NCBI GenBank assembly: GCA_963712115.1
Contig: CAVQGX010000021.1
Span: forward strand, 61,465 to 125,464
Reading direction: 5' to 3'
Length of the DNA stretch: 64,000 nt
Origin: an uncultured delta proteobacterium
GTDB lineage: Bacteria > Desulfobacterota > Syntrophobacteria > BM002
Shown here: one piece after another, positions 30,648-40,118 of the stretch
How the letters are laid out: each line of letters opens with the position of its first letter
How positions within the stretch are numbered: the stretch's first letter is position 1
Notes under the pieces: generated by a model
What the model saw: only the letters and a program-made list of their open reading frames with translations
What the model was told of the DNA's origin: nothing
Database searches by the model: none
Program-made: the position numbers and the translations under genes

Positions 30648-31400
30648 CTATGAATGGATCTTGATTTTTTTTAGTTTTTTCCTGGTAGTTTCCGAGTACC
30701 AGATATCCGCAAATTCCAGGATATAATCTTTTTCGTGTTTGACCATCTCCTCGGCCACCGCCTTTCGGAGGAGCTTTTTAATGATTGTGAAGGCCGAACT
30801 ATCTTTTTCAGCTAACTCCTGAGCGACTTTTACGGCATCATCTAACAGAGTATCCTCAGATGACACCTGATCAACCAATCCCAGTCCGAAAGCTTCTTCG
30901 GCAGAATACATGGCCCCGCTATAAAGTATTGACTGAGCATTTCTTGGACCCACGCAAAATCTCAGCATTTCCGCACTTCCGGCAAAGACCGGTGCTCCAA
31001 AGGTTATCTCGTTCAAGGCTATCTTCCCTTTTCCTGACGCCATAAGGCGGAAATCGCACGCTGTGGCCAGCATACAACCGCCAGCTATGGTGTGACCGTT
31101 TAGGGCAGCAACAATAGGTTTGGGAAATTGAAACAGATAGGTGTACAGGTTTGTGAACATCTCAATAAACCTTATGAAATCTTTCTTGGGATATCTCAAG
31201 AATTCGGGAACATCAAATCCGAAGGAGAAAAACTTTCCAGAACCGGTAAAGATAATCGATTTCACTTCAGTATCTGTTGCTAAATTTTTAAAGGAATCAA
31301 CTATTTCCTCTACCATAGGCTCATTTAACGCATTAACCTTTCCCCTTTGCAAGGTTACTGTTGCAATGCCATTTCTTTTTGATGAAAGAATAAAGTTCAT
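30648..31400 (-). CDS. Enoyl-CoA hydratase/isomerase family protein
   Basis: KVNALN, FFSFGFD, PKPIVAALNGHTIAGG, ALNEI, GLVD. Confidence 0.92.
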   Translation of the reverse strand: MNFILSSKRNGIATVTLQRGKVNALNEPMVEEIVDSFKNLATDTEVKSIIFTGSGKFFSFGFDVPEFLRYPKKDFIRFIEMFTNLYTYLFQFPKPIVAALNGHTIAGGCMLATACDFRLMASGKGKIALNEITFGAPVFAGSAEMLRFCVGPRNAQSILYSGAMYSAEEAFGLGLVDQVSSEDTLLDDAVKVAQELAEKDSSAFTIIKKLLRKAVAEEMVKHEKDYILEFADIWYSETTRKKLKKIKIHS

Positions 31401-31456
31401 GGCGGTCTCCCCTGTCTTTCAACCATTAACCCAAGAAACTGCATAACCTCTTCTGA

Positions 31457-32101
31457 TTATCTAATTTTAGCTTTCATCTGAGGGGTCTGATCGCCGGCGA
31501 GCCGACTTTCTCTTGTCTGCTTATAGCGAATCAGGCTTGAGCCAAGCAATACTATTGTCAATGGCAGCCATATCCAGAAAAGCTCGCTTTTTAAAGTCCT
31601 AAGTCCCCATTTACTAAGAAACCCCGCAAGACCAATGGGAGAAACCAGAATGGGTCTCCAGGGAAAAAAGTATCTTGTGGCATCAAAGGGAGATAGTAGG
31701 GCAATACCCAAGCCACCGTTGGTGAAACCGTCAAGAATTCCATGACTTGCTGATAGGAGTGAGAAATAAATGAGGTAAAACCACCACCCTTTCGAGAATG
31801 TCTTCTCAGTACGAAAAAAAACGCTCACTAGAAGCACCCCTAACAATAGACCGAAAAAGGGCGAGTGGAAAAACCCTCTGTGTCCAAAAAAATTGCCGTA
31901 GGGAATACCAAGGGAAAAGGCGAGGACGTCTGCATCGGGAATGACTGAGCAGAAGATTGATAACAACCAGAAGCGCTTGGGCACCTCTTCTGGTCCAAAA
32001 ACTTTTGCTGAAGCAGCTGCCACAGCAGAATGAGTGATAACCGTGGGCAGGGTTTTTCCCTCTTTATTTGATAACGATCTCCACGGACGAAGTCCGGCCA
32101 A
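31457..32101 (-). CDS. YbcI/YdjM-type membrane metal-dependent hydrolase (true start probably near PTVITH)
   Basis: PTVITH, IPDADV, GHRGFFHS, SHGILD, FTNGGLG. Confidence 0.85.
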   Translation of the reverse strand: MAGLRPWRSLSNKEGKTLPTVITHSAVAAASAKVFGPEEVPKRFWLLSIFCSVIPDADVLAFSLGIPYGNFFGHRGFFHSPFFGLLLGVLLVSVFFRTEKTFSKGWWFYLIYFSLLSASHGILDGFTNGGLGIALLSPFDATRYFFPWRPILVSPIGLAGFLSKWGLRTLKSELFWIWLPLTIVLLGSSLIRYKQTRESRLAGDQTPQMKAKIR

Positions 32102-32143
32102 AGTCTGTCTGTTCAGATACTTTCGTCACTAGGATCTTTTCTT

Positions 32144-33088
32144 TCAGCTGTTCAAAATCTTAGACATCAAATCCCCATCAATATTACCTCCACTGATAAT
32201 GACACCCACTCTGCCTGCGGTAGATACCTGGCTACTAAGTAGTGCCGCTACCCCCAGTGCACCCGAGGGCTCCACCACCATTTTCATGCGATAAAATAGG
32301 AATTGGACAGCTTCGACGATGGCGGTTTCGGTGACGGTTCTCATATCTTCAACGTATTCCAAGATTAATGGAAAAGTAAGCTTGCCCAGAGAAGGAGTGC
32401 GGGTTCCATCAGCAATGGTAGGGGGGTTCTTGACTGTCTGCAGTGTCTTGGTGTGAAATGATCTGGTGGCATCATCTGCTAGTTCGGGTTCTATCCCAAT
32501 AACCCGGCAGGTCGGTTCGATGGATTTTGCGGCGATAGCTGAACCACTCAGCAAACCACCTCCCCCACAAGGTACCAGCAGCATATCTAAGTTTTTGACT
32601 TCCTCGAACAATTCCAATGCTGCCGTTCCCTGTCCGGCGACAACCTCAAGGTGATCGAATGGAGGTATGATGGTATAGCCATGCTCGGCTTTAAGAATGT
32701 TTGCTATCTCTTCACGAGTGGTTTTCTCGGGATCATAGTCAATAACTGTTGCACCATACGCCTCAGTGGCGGCGCGCTTGACCATGGGCGCATTGTCGGG
32801 CATGACCACCGTGGTCCGTACTCTCAGCAAGCGACCCACCAGGGCTACTGCCTGTGCATGGTTTCCGGAGGAGTAGGTGATGATACCGCGATCCTTTTGT
32901 TCGTCAGTAAGTTGAGATATGGTATTAAAGGCTCCACGAAACTTGAATGCGCCGACCCTCTGAAAATTTTCACACTTCAAAAAAACTTCCGCTCCCACCG
33001 ATTCGTTGAGAGTTCGGGAAGTCATAACAGGGGTGACATTGGCGTAGCCTCGCAATCTTTCTCTGGCTTTTTTGATGCGCTCAAACAT
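32144..33088 (-). CDS. PLP-dependent serine/threonine dehydratase (threo-3-hydroxyaspartate ammonia-lyase-like)
   Basis: LKCENFQRVGAFKFRGA, SSGNHAQ, GGGGLLSG, EPSGA, SGGN. Confidence 0.92.
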   Translation of the reverse strand: MFERIKKARERLRGYANVTPVMTSRTLNESVGAEVFLKCENFQRVGAFKFRGAFNTISQLTDEQKDRGIITYSSGNHAQAVALVGRLLRVRTTVVMPDNAPMVKRAATEAYGATVIDYDPEKTTREEIANILKAEHGYTIIPPFDHLEVVAGQGTAALELFEEVKNLDMLLVPCGGGGLLSGSAIAAKSIEPTCRVIGIEPELADDATRSFHTKTLQTVKNPPTIADGTRTPSLGKLTFPLILEYVEDMRTVTETAIVEAVQFLFYRMKMVVEPSGALGVAALLSSQVSTAGRVGVIISGGNIDGDLMSKILNS

Positions 33089-33161
33089 TCCTGCCCCACT
33101 CGAAAGGTACAGTTTGTCTATTCATTTTTTATAATTAACGGTTAATCGGAAAATTTCGCCT

Positions 33162-33635
33162 CTATTCCTTGAGGGCATATTCAGGCTGCAATACTTTAAA
33201 CATTCTGATTAAGGTTACCTCGCGGCTATATTCTCGAAAGCCGCATTTGGAATAGCACTTTCTGGCTCTAGGGTTATAGGTTCTTGTGACCAAAACCAGT
33301 TTCTTGGCAGACAATTGCTCCTTGGCGTATTGTTCCAAGAGACTCACCATCTTTTCGCCTAATCCTCTTGAACGCATCTGAGGCAGGAGGTACAGGTAGT
33401 TTAGAGAATAAACCCCTGGTTCTTCCGTTTTGCGAAGGGCAGCATGACCAATAAGTTCACTCCCTTGGTAAACCAAGAAAGGTTTATTCCCTTCTTCAGG
33501 GTCAAGCACCTTTTGCCACTGCAAATGATCAAAGGGCCACTTGGCTTTCGGCCACACCAAGTGCAGGTCATGGCAGTCGGTTATCAGATCAGCAATTATA
33601 CTGGTATCCAGCGGGATGTTCTCGACTAACCTCAT
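33162..33635 (-). CDS. GNAT acetyltransferase
   Basis: RSRGLG motif A; NPRARKCYSKCGF. Confidence 0.85.
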   Translation of the reverse strand: MRLVENIPLDTSIIADLITDCHDLHLVWPKAKWPFDHLQWQKVLDPEEGNKPFLVYQGSELIGHAALRKTEEPGVYSLNYLYLLPQMRSRGLGEKMVSLLEQYAKEQLSAKKLVLVTRTYNPRARKCYSKCGFREYSREVTLIRMFKVLQPEYALKE

Positions 33636-33646
33636 ATTTTCCCAGC

Positions 33647-34111
33647 CTAAAGGGTTAATTCCATGAAGGATGCACCCTCCACCGGGTTGAATCTGTAAGG
33701 CTCTATCTCCCTGAATCCGAGGGAGCCATAGAGACCTTTTGCCTCTTCCATTGAGGGAAGAGTGTCCAAGCGCATTCGTTCATAGCCGAGGCGGCGAGCC
33801 CAGCCGATTACCTCTTCACACAGTGCCCTGCCGATGCCTAAACCTCTGAATTGAGGCTTGGTATACAACCTTTTCATCTCGCAGATACCAGGACTAAACT
33901 TCCTGAGAGCCACGCAACCAGCCACTTGCCCTTTCCATAGGGCAAGGAGAAGGCAGCCGTCAGGTGAACCATATTCGCCTGGAAGTTCAGCCAGTTCCTC
34001 GTCGAAACCTTGAAAATCCAGATCTATTCCCAAAGAGTCGGCGTATTCCTCAAAGAGGTTCCGGACTTCAAAGAGATCTCCCTTTGTTCTTATTTCTAGG
34101 ATCCGAAGCAC
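33647..34111 (-). CDS. GNAT acetyltransferase
   Basis: GCVALR, CEMKRLY, FRGLGIG, MRLDTL, LYGSLGF. Confidence 0.9.
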   Translation of the reverse strand: MLRILEIRTKGDLFEVRNLFEEYADSLGIDLDFQGFDEELAELPGEYGSPDGCLLLALWKGQVAGCVALRKFSPGICEMKRLYTKPQFRGLGIGRALCEEVIGWARRLGYERMRLDTLPSMEEAKGLYGSLGFREIEPYRFNPVEGASFMELTL

Positions 34112-34221
34112 ATTGCTCCTCGACTAAGAGGTGTCAGTAGCACATTCATATTCGATGGGGAATAAGACTACTGATAGGCATAACCTTTTTTCAAAATGCC
34201 ATTATTGAAGCAGGTAATAAC

Positions 34222-35292
34222 TCAAGCTATGCGAAGTCGCCAGCCGAAAGGATCTTCCCTACGGCCATACTGGATGCCGGTAATTTCGTCGTAGAGTTTT
34301 TTGGACAGTTCTCCTGTGCGACCGTCTGCTACCTGGAAATCCTCTCCTTTGAAGCAGATTATACCTACGGGAGAAATCACTGCAGCTGTACCGGAGGCAA
34401 ACATTTCCATCAAGGACCCACTCCTGCAACCCTCAACGACCTCTTCAATAGAGATTGGACGTTCTACAGCATTCATTCCCCAGTGGCTGGCGAGCTGAAG
34501 CACTGAGTCTCTGGTGACACCTGGTAGGATAGTGCCGCCAAGAGGTGGAGTGACAAGCTCATCATTTATAAAGAAGAAGATATTACTGGTGCCAACCTCC
34601 TCTACATACTTACGCTCTATGGCATCCAGCCACAGTACCTGGGTGTAGCCCTTTTGGCTGGCTTCGCGGGAAACATATAGGGTAGCCCCATAATTGCCGG
34701 AGGTCTTAGCTTGTCCCACACCTCCCCTGACAGCGCGCACATAGTGATCAGATACATAAATTTTGGTGGGATTGAATCCCTCGGGGTAGTAGGCTCCCAC
34801 CGGGCCCAGGACGATAAAAAAGAGATACGCCTTCGCAGGCCTCACTCCCAGGGCCGGTTCGCTAGCTATCATGGTAGGTCTTATGTAGAGTGATGTACCC
34901 ACTGATTTTGGGATCCATGCTCGGTCCAGCAGAATTAATTCCCTCATGGCCTGGAGAAAAAGGTCCGGGTCCAGTTCAGGCATTACCATTCTTCTGGCAG
35001 AAGCGTTCATGCGCTCAATATTCTTCTCTGGCCGAAAGAGCCCGATGCCTCCGTCCTCCAAGTGGTAGGCCTTGAGACCTTCAAAAACCTCTTGATTGTA
35101 GTGCAAGACCATGGCCGTAGGATCGAGCTTCAGGTCACCATAAGGTTCAATTCGCGCATTGTGCCATCCTTTTCCCTCTGAATAGTCCATGAGAAACATG
35201 TGGTCGGTGGTGTATTTGCCAAAACCAAGTTGAGAATCTTGCGGACGGGGCTTCTGGCCGACAGTGGTGGATTTAGTTACTCTGATTTCCAT
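34222..35292 (-). CDS. ilvE: Branched-chain amino acid aminotransferase
   Basis: FGKYTTDHM, FEGLKAY, LYIRP, AKTSGNYG, EVGTSN, ILPGVTR, GTAAVISP. Confidence 0.95.
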   Translation of the reverse strand: MEIRVTKSTTVGQKPRPQDSQLGFGKYTTDHMFLMDYSEGKGWHNARIEPYGDLKLDPTAMVLHYNQEVFEGLKAYHLEDGGIGLFRPEKNIERMNASARRMVMPELDPDLFLQAMRELILLDRAWIPKSVGTSLYIRPTMIASEPALGVRPAKAYLFFIVLGPVGAYYPEGFNPTKIYVSDHYVRAVRGGVGQAKTSGNYGATLYVSREASQKGYTQVLWLDAIERKYVEEVGTSNIFFFINDELVTPPLGGTILPGVTRDSVLQLASHWGMNAVERPISIEEVVEGCRSGSLMEMFASGTAAVISPVGIICFKGEDFQVADGRTGELSKKLYDEITGIQYGRREDPFGWRLRIA

Positions 35293-35410
35293 GGTAAAAG
35301 CCTTTCTCTATGTGAACTGAGATAACTTTTCGCTGCTATGTATAGCACACTTTCTCAATTACTTATTTGTCTCTTAGTAACTCAGTTGAAAAACACGACT
35401 AAATGCAGCT

Positions 35411-35932
35411 TCACTTTACTTCTATCCGCTTTTTGACAACTCGAAGCATTTCTTTGCGAGTCAGCCCACTGAATTTGCCGATCAAAGTCCAGTAAAGCTT
35501 GAAGTGTGACCTGCTATGGTCGTCTGTGCAGAGAATTCGCGTCTCAGTAGACAACCTAACAGCTCCAGGAGGGTGCTCCTGGATTGCGAAGTTCCAGGCC
35601 AGTTTTGCATATCCCTTTTGGTTGAATTCACCGTATTGGACAGCGTCCAGTTTGAGAATCTGGGCCCGGTAAGTCCAAAACTTTCCTACAAGACCGAGAA
35701 CGAATTCCTCAGGGGGAATTTCATCCACCAGCAAGAAACCCACCTGGAGGAGACCATCAAGATTGGTTGATGCGGGAGGAAGTCCCCGCAGACGGAATAA
35801 AGTGCGAATGATAAGTGAATCGGAGAAATCGATGGATCGAGCGGTTTGGTAAACTTCCTTTCGATCACCTCTTATGTCAATCTGATGATATTCCCGTTCG
35901 TCGTATTTCGGAAGTACTTGGTCTATAAGCAT
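35411..35932 (-). CDS. Conserved hypothetical protein (DUF2867/SRPBCC-like)
   Basis: LFRLRGL, EFVLGLVGKFW, KLAWNF, LSTETRI, FKLYWTLI. Confidence 0.7.
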   Translation of the reverse strand: MLIDQVLPKYDEREYHQIDIRGDRKEVYQTARSIDFSDSLIIRTLFRLRGLPPASTNLDGLLQVGFLLVDEIPPEEFVLGLVGKFWTYRAQILKLDAVQYGEFNQKGYAKLAWNFAIQEHPPGAVRLSTETRILCTDDHSRSHFKLYWTLIGKFSGLTRKEMLRVVKKRIEVK

Positions 35933-35957
35933 GGCTCTAAATAGGTTTAATCACACT

Positions 35958-36404
35958 TTAACCCTGCTTTTTGCGAACGTAGAGTTTCTTGTTAACCGCA
36001 GCTATAACTTCGCCCGATTCGTTGACAATGTCTACTGAAAACTCAGGGAAACAAGGGTCACCCTTGGCTGTTTTGTTTTTGATCTCTGCTATTTGGTCAT
36101 GCTTCAAGGTAAAATGAGCTGTCACAGTTCCTCTGCCGGGAGCTATGTAATTAATTGTGCTGGTTTTATCCCATACGGTGTATTCACTACCCAATATGTG
36201 AATCAACATGAGCATATAGAAGGGGTCAGTCATGGCAGCAAGGCTGCCACCAAAGTGGGTACCCACGTAGTTACGATTGTACCAGCGCAATTTCATTGAT
36301 ACGACTACTTCTCTGTAGTCAGGTGCAATGTGTTTAACTCTTATTCCCGCACCGAGAAAAGGCGGCCAAAGATTGATCCCGAATTTCAACATTTTCAGTT
36401 TCAT
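35958..36404 (-). CDS. DUF4442/YiiD-C-like hot-dog thioesterase (in frame with the upstream CMD gene)
   Basis: NLWPPFLGAGIRV, NRNYVGTHFGGSL, DPFYM, VWDK. Confidence 0.8.
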   Translation of the reverse strand: MKLKMLKFGINLWPPFLGAGIRVKHIAPDYREVVVSMKLRWYNRNYVGTHFGGSLAAMTDPFYMLMLIHILGSEYTVWDKTSTINYIAPGRGTVTAHFTLKHDQIAEIKNKTAKGDPCFPEFSVDIVNESGEVIAAVNKKLYVRKKQG

Positions 36405-36818
36405 AACATTAAACGCCAGAGTTTTTCGCAGGGGTGATTGTACGTGAAGCCGCAGGGAAAACCCCGCTGAAGGCCTTTGCAGATGTCGGTGCAAGGGAAA
36501 ATCTAGAAGATTATCTCTAACAGCAACAAAAGATGGTCCCCCACCAAATTCCACCCCAATAGCGGCCGCATCTATTATTTCTTCCCTTGTAGCTCCGTGA
36601 GTAACAGCATTGTTTGCATGATTGGCCAAACAGGGAATACACCTTGTGGCGACGGCCGCGCCCACAGCTATGAGTTCCTTCTGTTTTAAATCCAAGGCAC
36701 TTTCTTTGTAATAGTGCTTCATTAGTTCATTGAATCCATTGAAAAGATCAGGGGCTTCCCTTTCTAACCGGTCTCTGTTTTTCTTTCTCTTCACCAAGAT
36801 GTCCTCCAGATTTCCCAT
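36405..36818 (-). CDS. Carboxymuconolactone decarboxylase/AhpD family protein reading through into the downstream gene
   Basis: KQKELIAVG, RCIPCLANH, GATREEI, GGGPS; RBS GGAGGT; no stop before the DUF4442 part. Confidence 0.75.
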
Positions 36819-37180
36819 CTGATTTACCTCCCTTTGGTGTCTCCAGGACTAATTTCAATCTAATTGTGTTCGAACCATGGAATCAGACAGTCCCCACTAT
36901 ATCTCAAAAAGACCGAGCCAAGTAAGAATATCATGAGTATTACTAATACAGTTTTTTCTCTAGGCGAGACGATAAAACAGACGGAGCAGAATCACCCACT
37001 GCTCCGGAGTGATATCCACCAGCAAGCACTATTTTAAAAGGAACCCCATTCCCCTTGGATTCCCTAATGCACCGAGATTGGACTCGAGGGAGGGGTCATT
37101 AGCTCCTCGGACAGTGTTAGACCTATTGTGATTTAAGCTAAGTCAGAGTCCTATCGGTGGAAAGCTAGAACCTCTTTTGC

Positions 37181-37372
37181 TTATTCGGTTGTTTCTTTCT
37201 CTTGGTTTTGGGGCCAAGATGATTTCGGCATCATCTTCTTCATCATCTCGATGCAACCGCAGCCGCAAAGTTCCTCTTTCTGACTCATCATCGCCTCCAT
37301 CATCCCGGCAAAGTCCATGCCCTCGCAGCAGTTCTGGAATTGTTCCTTGTTACTTTTTTGCTCGTCAGTCAT
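37181..37372 (-). CDS. Small Cys/Met-rich protein, possibly metal-binding
   Basis: 63 aa with CC, CGCGC and many Met; RBS GGAGGA; ECF-type promoter upstream. Confidence 0.6.
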   Translation of the reverse strand: MTDEQKSNKEQFQNCCEGMDFAGMMEAMMSQKEELCGCGCIEMMKKMMPKSSWPQNQEKETTE

Positions 37373-37445
37373 TTTGATTCCTCCTCTTTACTGACTGGTT
37401 TGGTGATTTTCGGGTCAGGTAAATTAGCCCTTAGTTTGTCTATAA

Positions 37446-37471
37446 GACGAATTGCAAACAAAAAAGGTTAC
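37446..37471 (-). promoter_or_regulatory. ECF-sigma promoter GTAACC-N16-CGTC
   Basis: Minus strand GTAACC TTTTTTGTTTGCAATT CGTC; same architecture at 38978-39003. Confidence 0.7.
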
Positions 37472-37558
37472 TAGGTAGCAATCCGAAATGAAAGTAAGAT
37501 GGAGCCAACTGGAAGTGCGGAACCTCTTAGAGGGGATTCGAGTGCGGTTGTGACAAAA

Positions 37559-38083
37559 CTATAGATCGAAGATGAATTGCTCGAGATATTTCTCTAACCC
37601 TTCTTTGTTTTCCTCAACCAGGGGTGGGCAATCTTCAGGTCCTTTCACTCCCTGGGCTACCAATGAGGCAAAGACCGTGCAGGTTGGTTGATCGCATTCG
37701 CCGCAGTTGGTCTTGGGCAAGAGTTTTAGGATGTCGAAAATGCGCGGTTGAGCAGGTGTCTCAAAGCTAGGCGCTATGGCGTCTCGCTTTTGCCAGGTTT
37801 CGTTGATCTCCTGTTTGAGCCATTCTAAAATCTTGTCGGCTTCTGAATCATCTTTCAAAGCATTGACGGCTATCTCCCGGGGGTGAAGGGTGATTAGCTT
37901 GCCGTGGACCTTGAGTGTCAAGGAGGGAGGCTCTTTCAAATACTGGTGGCCTCCCAGAACCGCGTTCAAATAAGGGAGCACCTCGGTGATGTCCTCATCC
38001 AGGTGAGCGATACAGTGGAGGGACTGGAATTGGGGGTTACACTCCGGTCGAAATATCTCTTTGCGGTACCTTTTTAACAACAC
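37559..38083 (-). CDS. Fe-S cluster domain protein
   Basis: PECNP...HC...LPYLNA N-domain; LPKTNCGECDQPTC...CPPL four-Cys motif. Confidence 0.85.
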   Translation of the reverse strand: MLLKRYRKEIFRPECNPQFQSLHCIAHLDEDITEVLPYLNAVLGGHQYLKEPPSLTLKVHGKLITLHPREIAVNALKDDSEADKILEWLKQEINETWQKRDAIAPSFETPAQPRIFDILKLLPKTNCGECDQPTCTVFASLVAQGVKGPEDCPPLVEENKEGLEKYLEQFIFDL

Positions 38084-38113
38084 GGAACACCTTCTGGTGT
38101 TCTTCTTACCACC

Positions 38114-38665
38114 TTAATTTTCATGTTCCTTGGGATCGCACACGAGCACGCTTCGCTCGTCTAGGCCAAGAGAGCAATGCTCTTCTAGAATTGCTCGCAT
38201 TTTTTTCCGGGCCCGATGGACCTTCACCTTGACGTTGGCGACGCTGATAGACAATATTTCGGCTATCTCTTTTTGGCTGAAGGCCATTATGTCGGATAAG
38301 ATCAGGACCGTGCGGTAGTCTTTTGGCAAAAGGTCCATCTTGTCTTGGACACATAGTCCCATCTGGTTCTGCTCCAATTCTTTCTGGACCATAGCTTCTT
38401 TAAAAGTGGGTATTTCTGCCTGGATTAGACGATTGTTCACAGATGACCTCTTAGATTGGCGAAAATGGTCGTGGCAGAGGTTGTAGGCTATGCGAAATAC
38501 CCAGGAAGAAATTTTGTCTGAGTCTCTCACGCTGTCCAGATTTTTCTGCACTCGCAGGAAAGTATCCTGGATCAAATCATCCGCTACCCACTCATCCCGC
38601 ACATAGGTCAGAATAAATTTTCTCACAGGACCATAATATTCGTCGTAAATTTTCCAAAAATCCAT
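38114..38665 (-). CDS. ECF sigma-70 factor, SigZ-like, with a Cys-containing C-terminal tail
   Basis: ADDLIQDTFL, WVFRIAYN, EIAEIL...VKVKVHRARK, HCSL..D....VC. Confidence 0.9.
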   Translation of the reverse strand: MDFWKIYDEYYGPVRKFILTYVRDEWVADDLIQDTFLRVQKNLDSVRDSDKISSWVFRIAYNLCHDHFRQSKRSSVNNRLIQAEIPTFKEAMVQKELEQNQMGLCVQDKMDLLPKDYRTVLILSDIMAFSQKEIAEILSISVANVKVKVHRARKKMRAILEEHCSLGLDERSVLVCDPKEHEN

Positions 38666-38681
38666 TTACGCTCCGATCAGG

Positions 38682-38942
38682 TCAGCCGCAGGATGAACCG
38701 TTTGCTTGACTGGAACAAGGTAGATCATGCTTCTCTTCTAGGCCCATAATATCATGGATGCTGTTTTTCAAGGCCACATGGGCTCCTTGCTTGACCTTGG
38801 TGGCAAGGGCCACTACCTCTTGGATTTCCTCTTGGGTTAGACCGGCTACCCCTGCCTCGCAGTAGAGATACTCAAAGCAGGGAATACAGTTCGCAGCTGT
38901 TGCTGCCCCCAATGCGACTAAAAGCTTCGTCCTTTCCTCCAT
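38682..38942 (-). CDS. Small CMD/AhpD-family protein
   Basis: LVALGAATAANCIPCFEY, GLTQEEI; Cys-containing tail; RBS GGAGG. Confidence 0.82.
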   Translation of the reverse strand: MEERTKLLVALGAATAANCIPCFEYLYCEAGVAGLTQEEIQEVVALATKVKQGAHVALKNSIHDIMGLEEKHDLPCSSQANGSSCG

Positions 38943-38977
38943 TTTTAGATCCTCCCAGGTTAATGTTTTGTTCGTAT

Positions 38978-39003
38978 GACGAAAAGGACTTCAAAAAGGT
39001 TAC
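38978..39003 (-). promoter_or_regulatory. ECF-sigma promoter GTAACC-N16-CGTC, likely autoregulatory
   Basis: Minus strand GTAACC TTTTTGAAGTCCTTTT CGTC, 36 bp before the CMD-sigma-FeS operon. Confidence 0.7.
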
Positions 39004-39108
39004 ACCCCTTTTTTACCCAAAACTTACCGTGTATAAAGTGGGTAAATTTACCCATTTAATACCCGGTAAAAAATGGGTAAATTTGGAGTTGCGATCATAG
39101 AGGGCCGT

Positions 39109-39910
39109 TTATGCTGGAGGTTTTGTGGCTTCGATGGTGGCTGAGACGACGTAGTCCTCGAGGTTGAGATTTGGGAACCAGTCCTTGATGAACATGCGGC
39201 TTTTATCCAGAGGACAAATTCGTATGTCTGTGAAACCCACTTCTTGGAGCATGTTATTGAGTTCGTCTATGGTGGCTGCGCCTGCGATGCAGCCGGACAA
39301 AAGGGTTGAATCGTTCTGAAATTCTGCAGGTAATGGCGCGGATGCCACCACATCGGTAATGGCAAGGCGGCCTCCAGGTTTCAAGATTCGAAATGCCTCC
39401 CGAAAAACATGAATCTTTTCAGGAGAAAGGTTAATAACGCAATTAGAGATGATCACGTCCGCAATGCCATCTGCCACTGGAAGGTGTTCTATCTCACCCA
39501 GACGAAACTCTACATTCGAGTATCCTCCTTTTGTAGCGTTGTCGCGAGCCTTGCTAACCATCTCTGCGGTCATATCCACCCCTATGACCCTTCCGCGTTT
39601 CCCCTACCTGCTTGGCTGCCAGAAAACAGTCGAAACCACCCCCACTGCCGAGGTCAACAATTGTCTCACCCTTTTTTAAAGAAGCAATTGCCAGAGGGTT
39701 GCCGCATCCCAGCCCCATATTGGCACCATGTGGAACACTGGCTAACTGCTCTTGGGAATAGCCAATGGCGGTGGTCAGACTGTCCAAAGGAACAAGGGGT
39801 TCACCGCAGCAGGACACCGGTATAGCAGATTCGCTGGAATCACCCTTAGCAATTTCACTGTATTTCTTCCTCACAACACCTCGAGTTTTGTCCGGATGTT
39901 TCTTTGCCAT
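39109..39910 (-). pseudogene. arsM: Arsenite methyltransferase with a +1 frameshift
   Basis: [46 protein letters not shown]; extra base near 39595 breaks [12 protein letters not shown]. Confidence 0.85.
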
Positions 39911-39935
39911 TGGGTCCTCCAATTATCTCGATAAC

Positions 39936-39951
39936 TTCGATATATATCGAA
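39936..39951. promoter_or_regulatory. Perfect 16-bp palindrome upstream of arsM, probable ArsR-type operator
   Basis: TTCGATATATATCGAA, 25 bp before the arsM ATG. Confidence 0.6.
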
Positions 39952-40010
39952 ATATAGTACAAGGCTAGAAATATGTCAAGGGGAATTTAGAGGGATTTTC
40001 ACACTTCCAT

Positions 40011-40052
40011 AAAAAGAGTGGAGGCGGTCAGGGGATGTCCCTGACCACCTCC
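40011..40052 (-). terminator. Intrinsic terminator after the DsbA-like gene
   Basis: Minus strand GGAGGTGGTCAGGG-ACATC-CCCTGACCGCCTCC followed by ACTCTTTTT. Confidence 0.75.
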
Positions 40053-40118
40053 GGTTGGGGAGAGGTTGGCTCGCAGCCACCCCGTCGTCGGGGTGGATCA
40101 TTTATTGCTTATTGCCTA

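Noticed and set aside
34179-34205. Third ECF-type promoter (ATAACCTTTTTT)
   Set aside because: There is no CGTC at 16 nt and it points against the local gene direction.
30648-36818. Run of co-oriented small accessory genes as an integron cassette array
   Set aside because: No recurring attC-like RYYYAAC...GTTRRRY palindromes between genes and no integrase; the run includes housekeeping ilvE.
38682-38684. TGA after ...SSCG in the small CMD gene as a possible Sec codon
   Set aside because: No SECIS-like hairpin follows, and readthrough would run out of frame into the sigma gene; treated as a normal stop.
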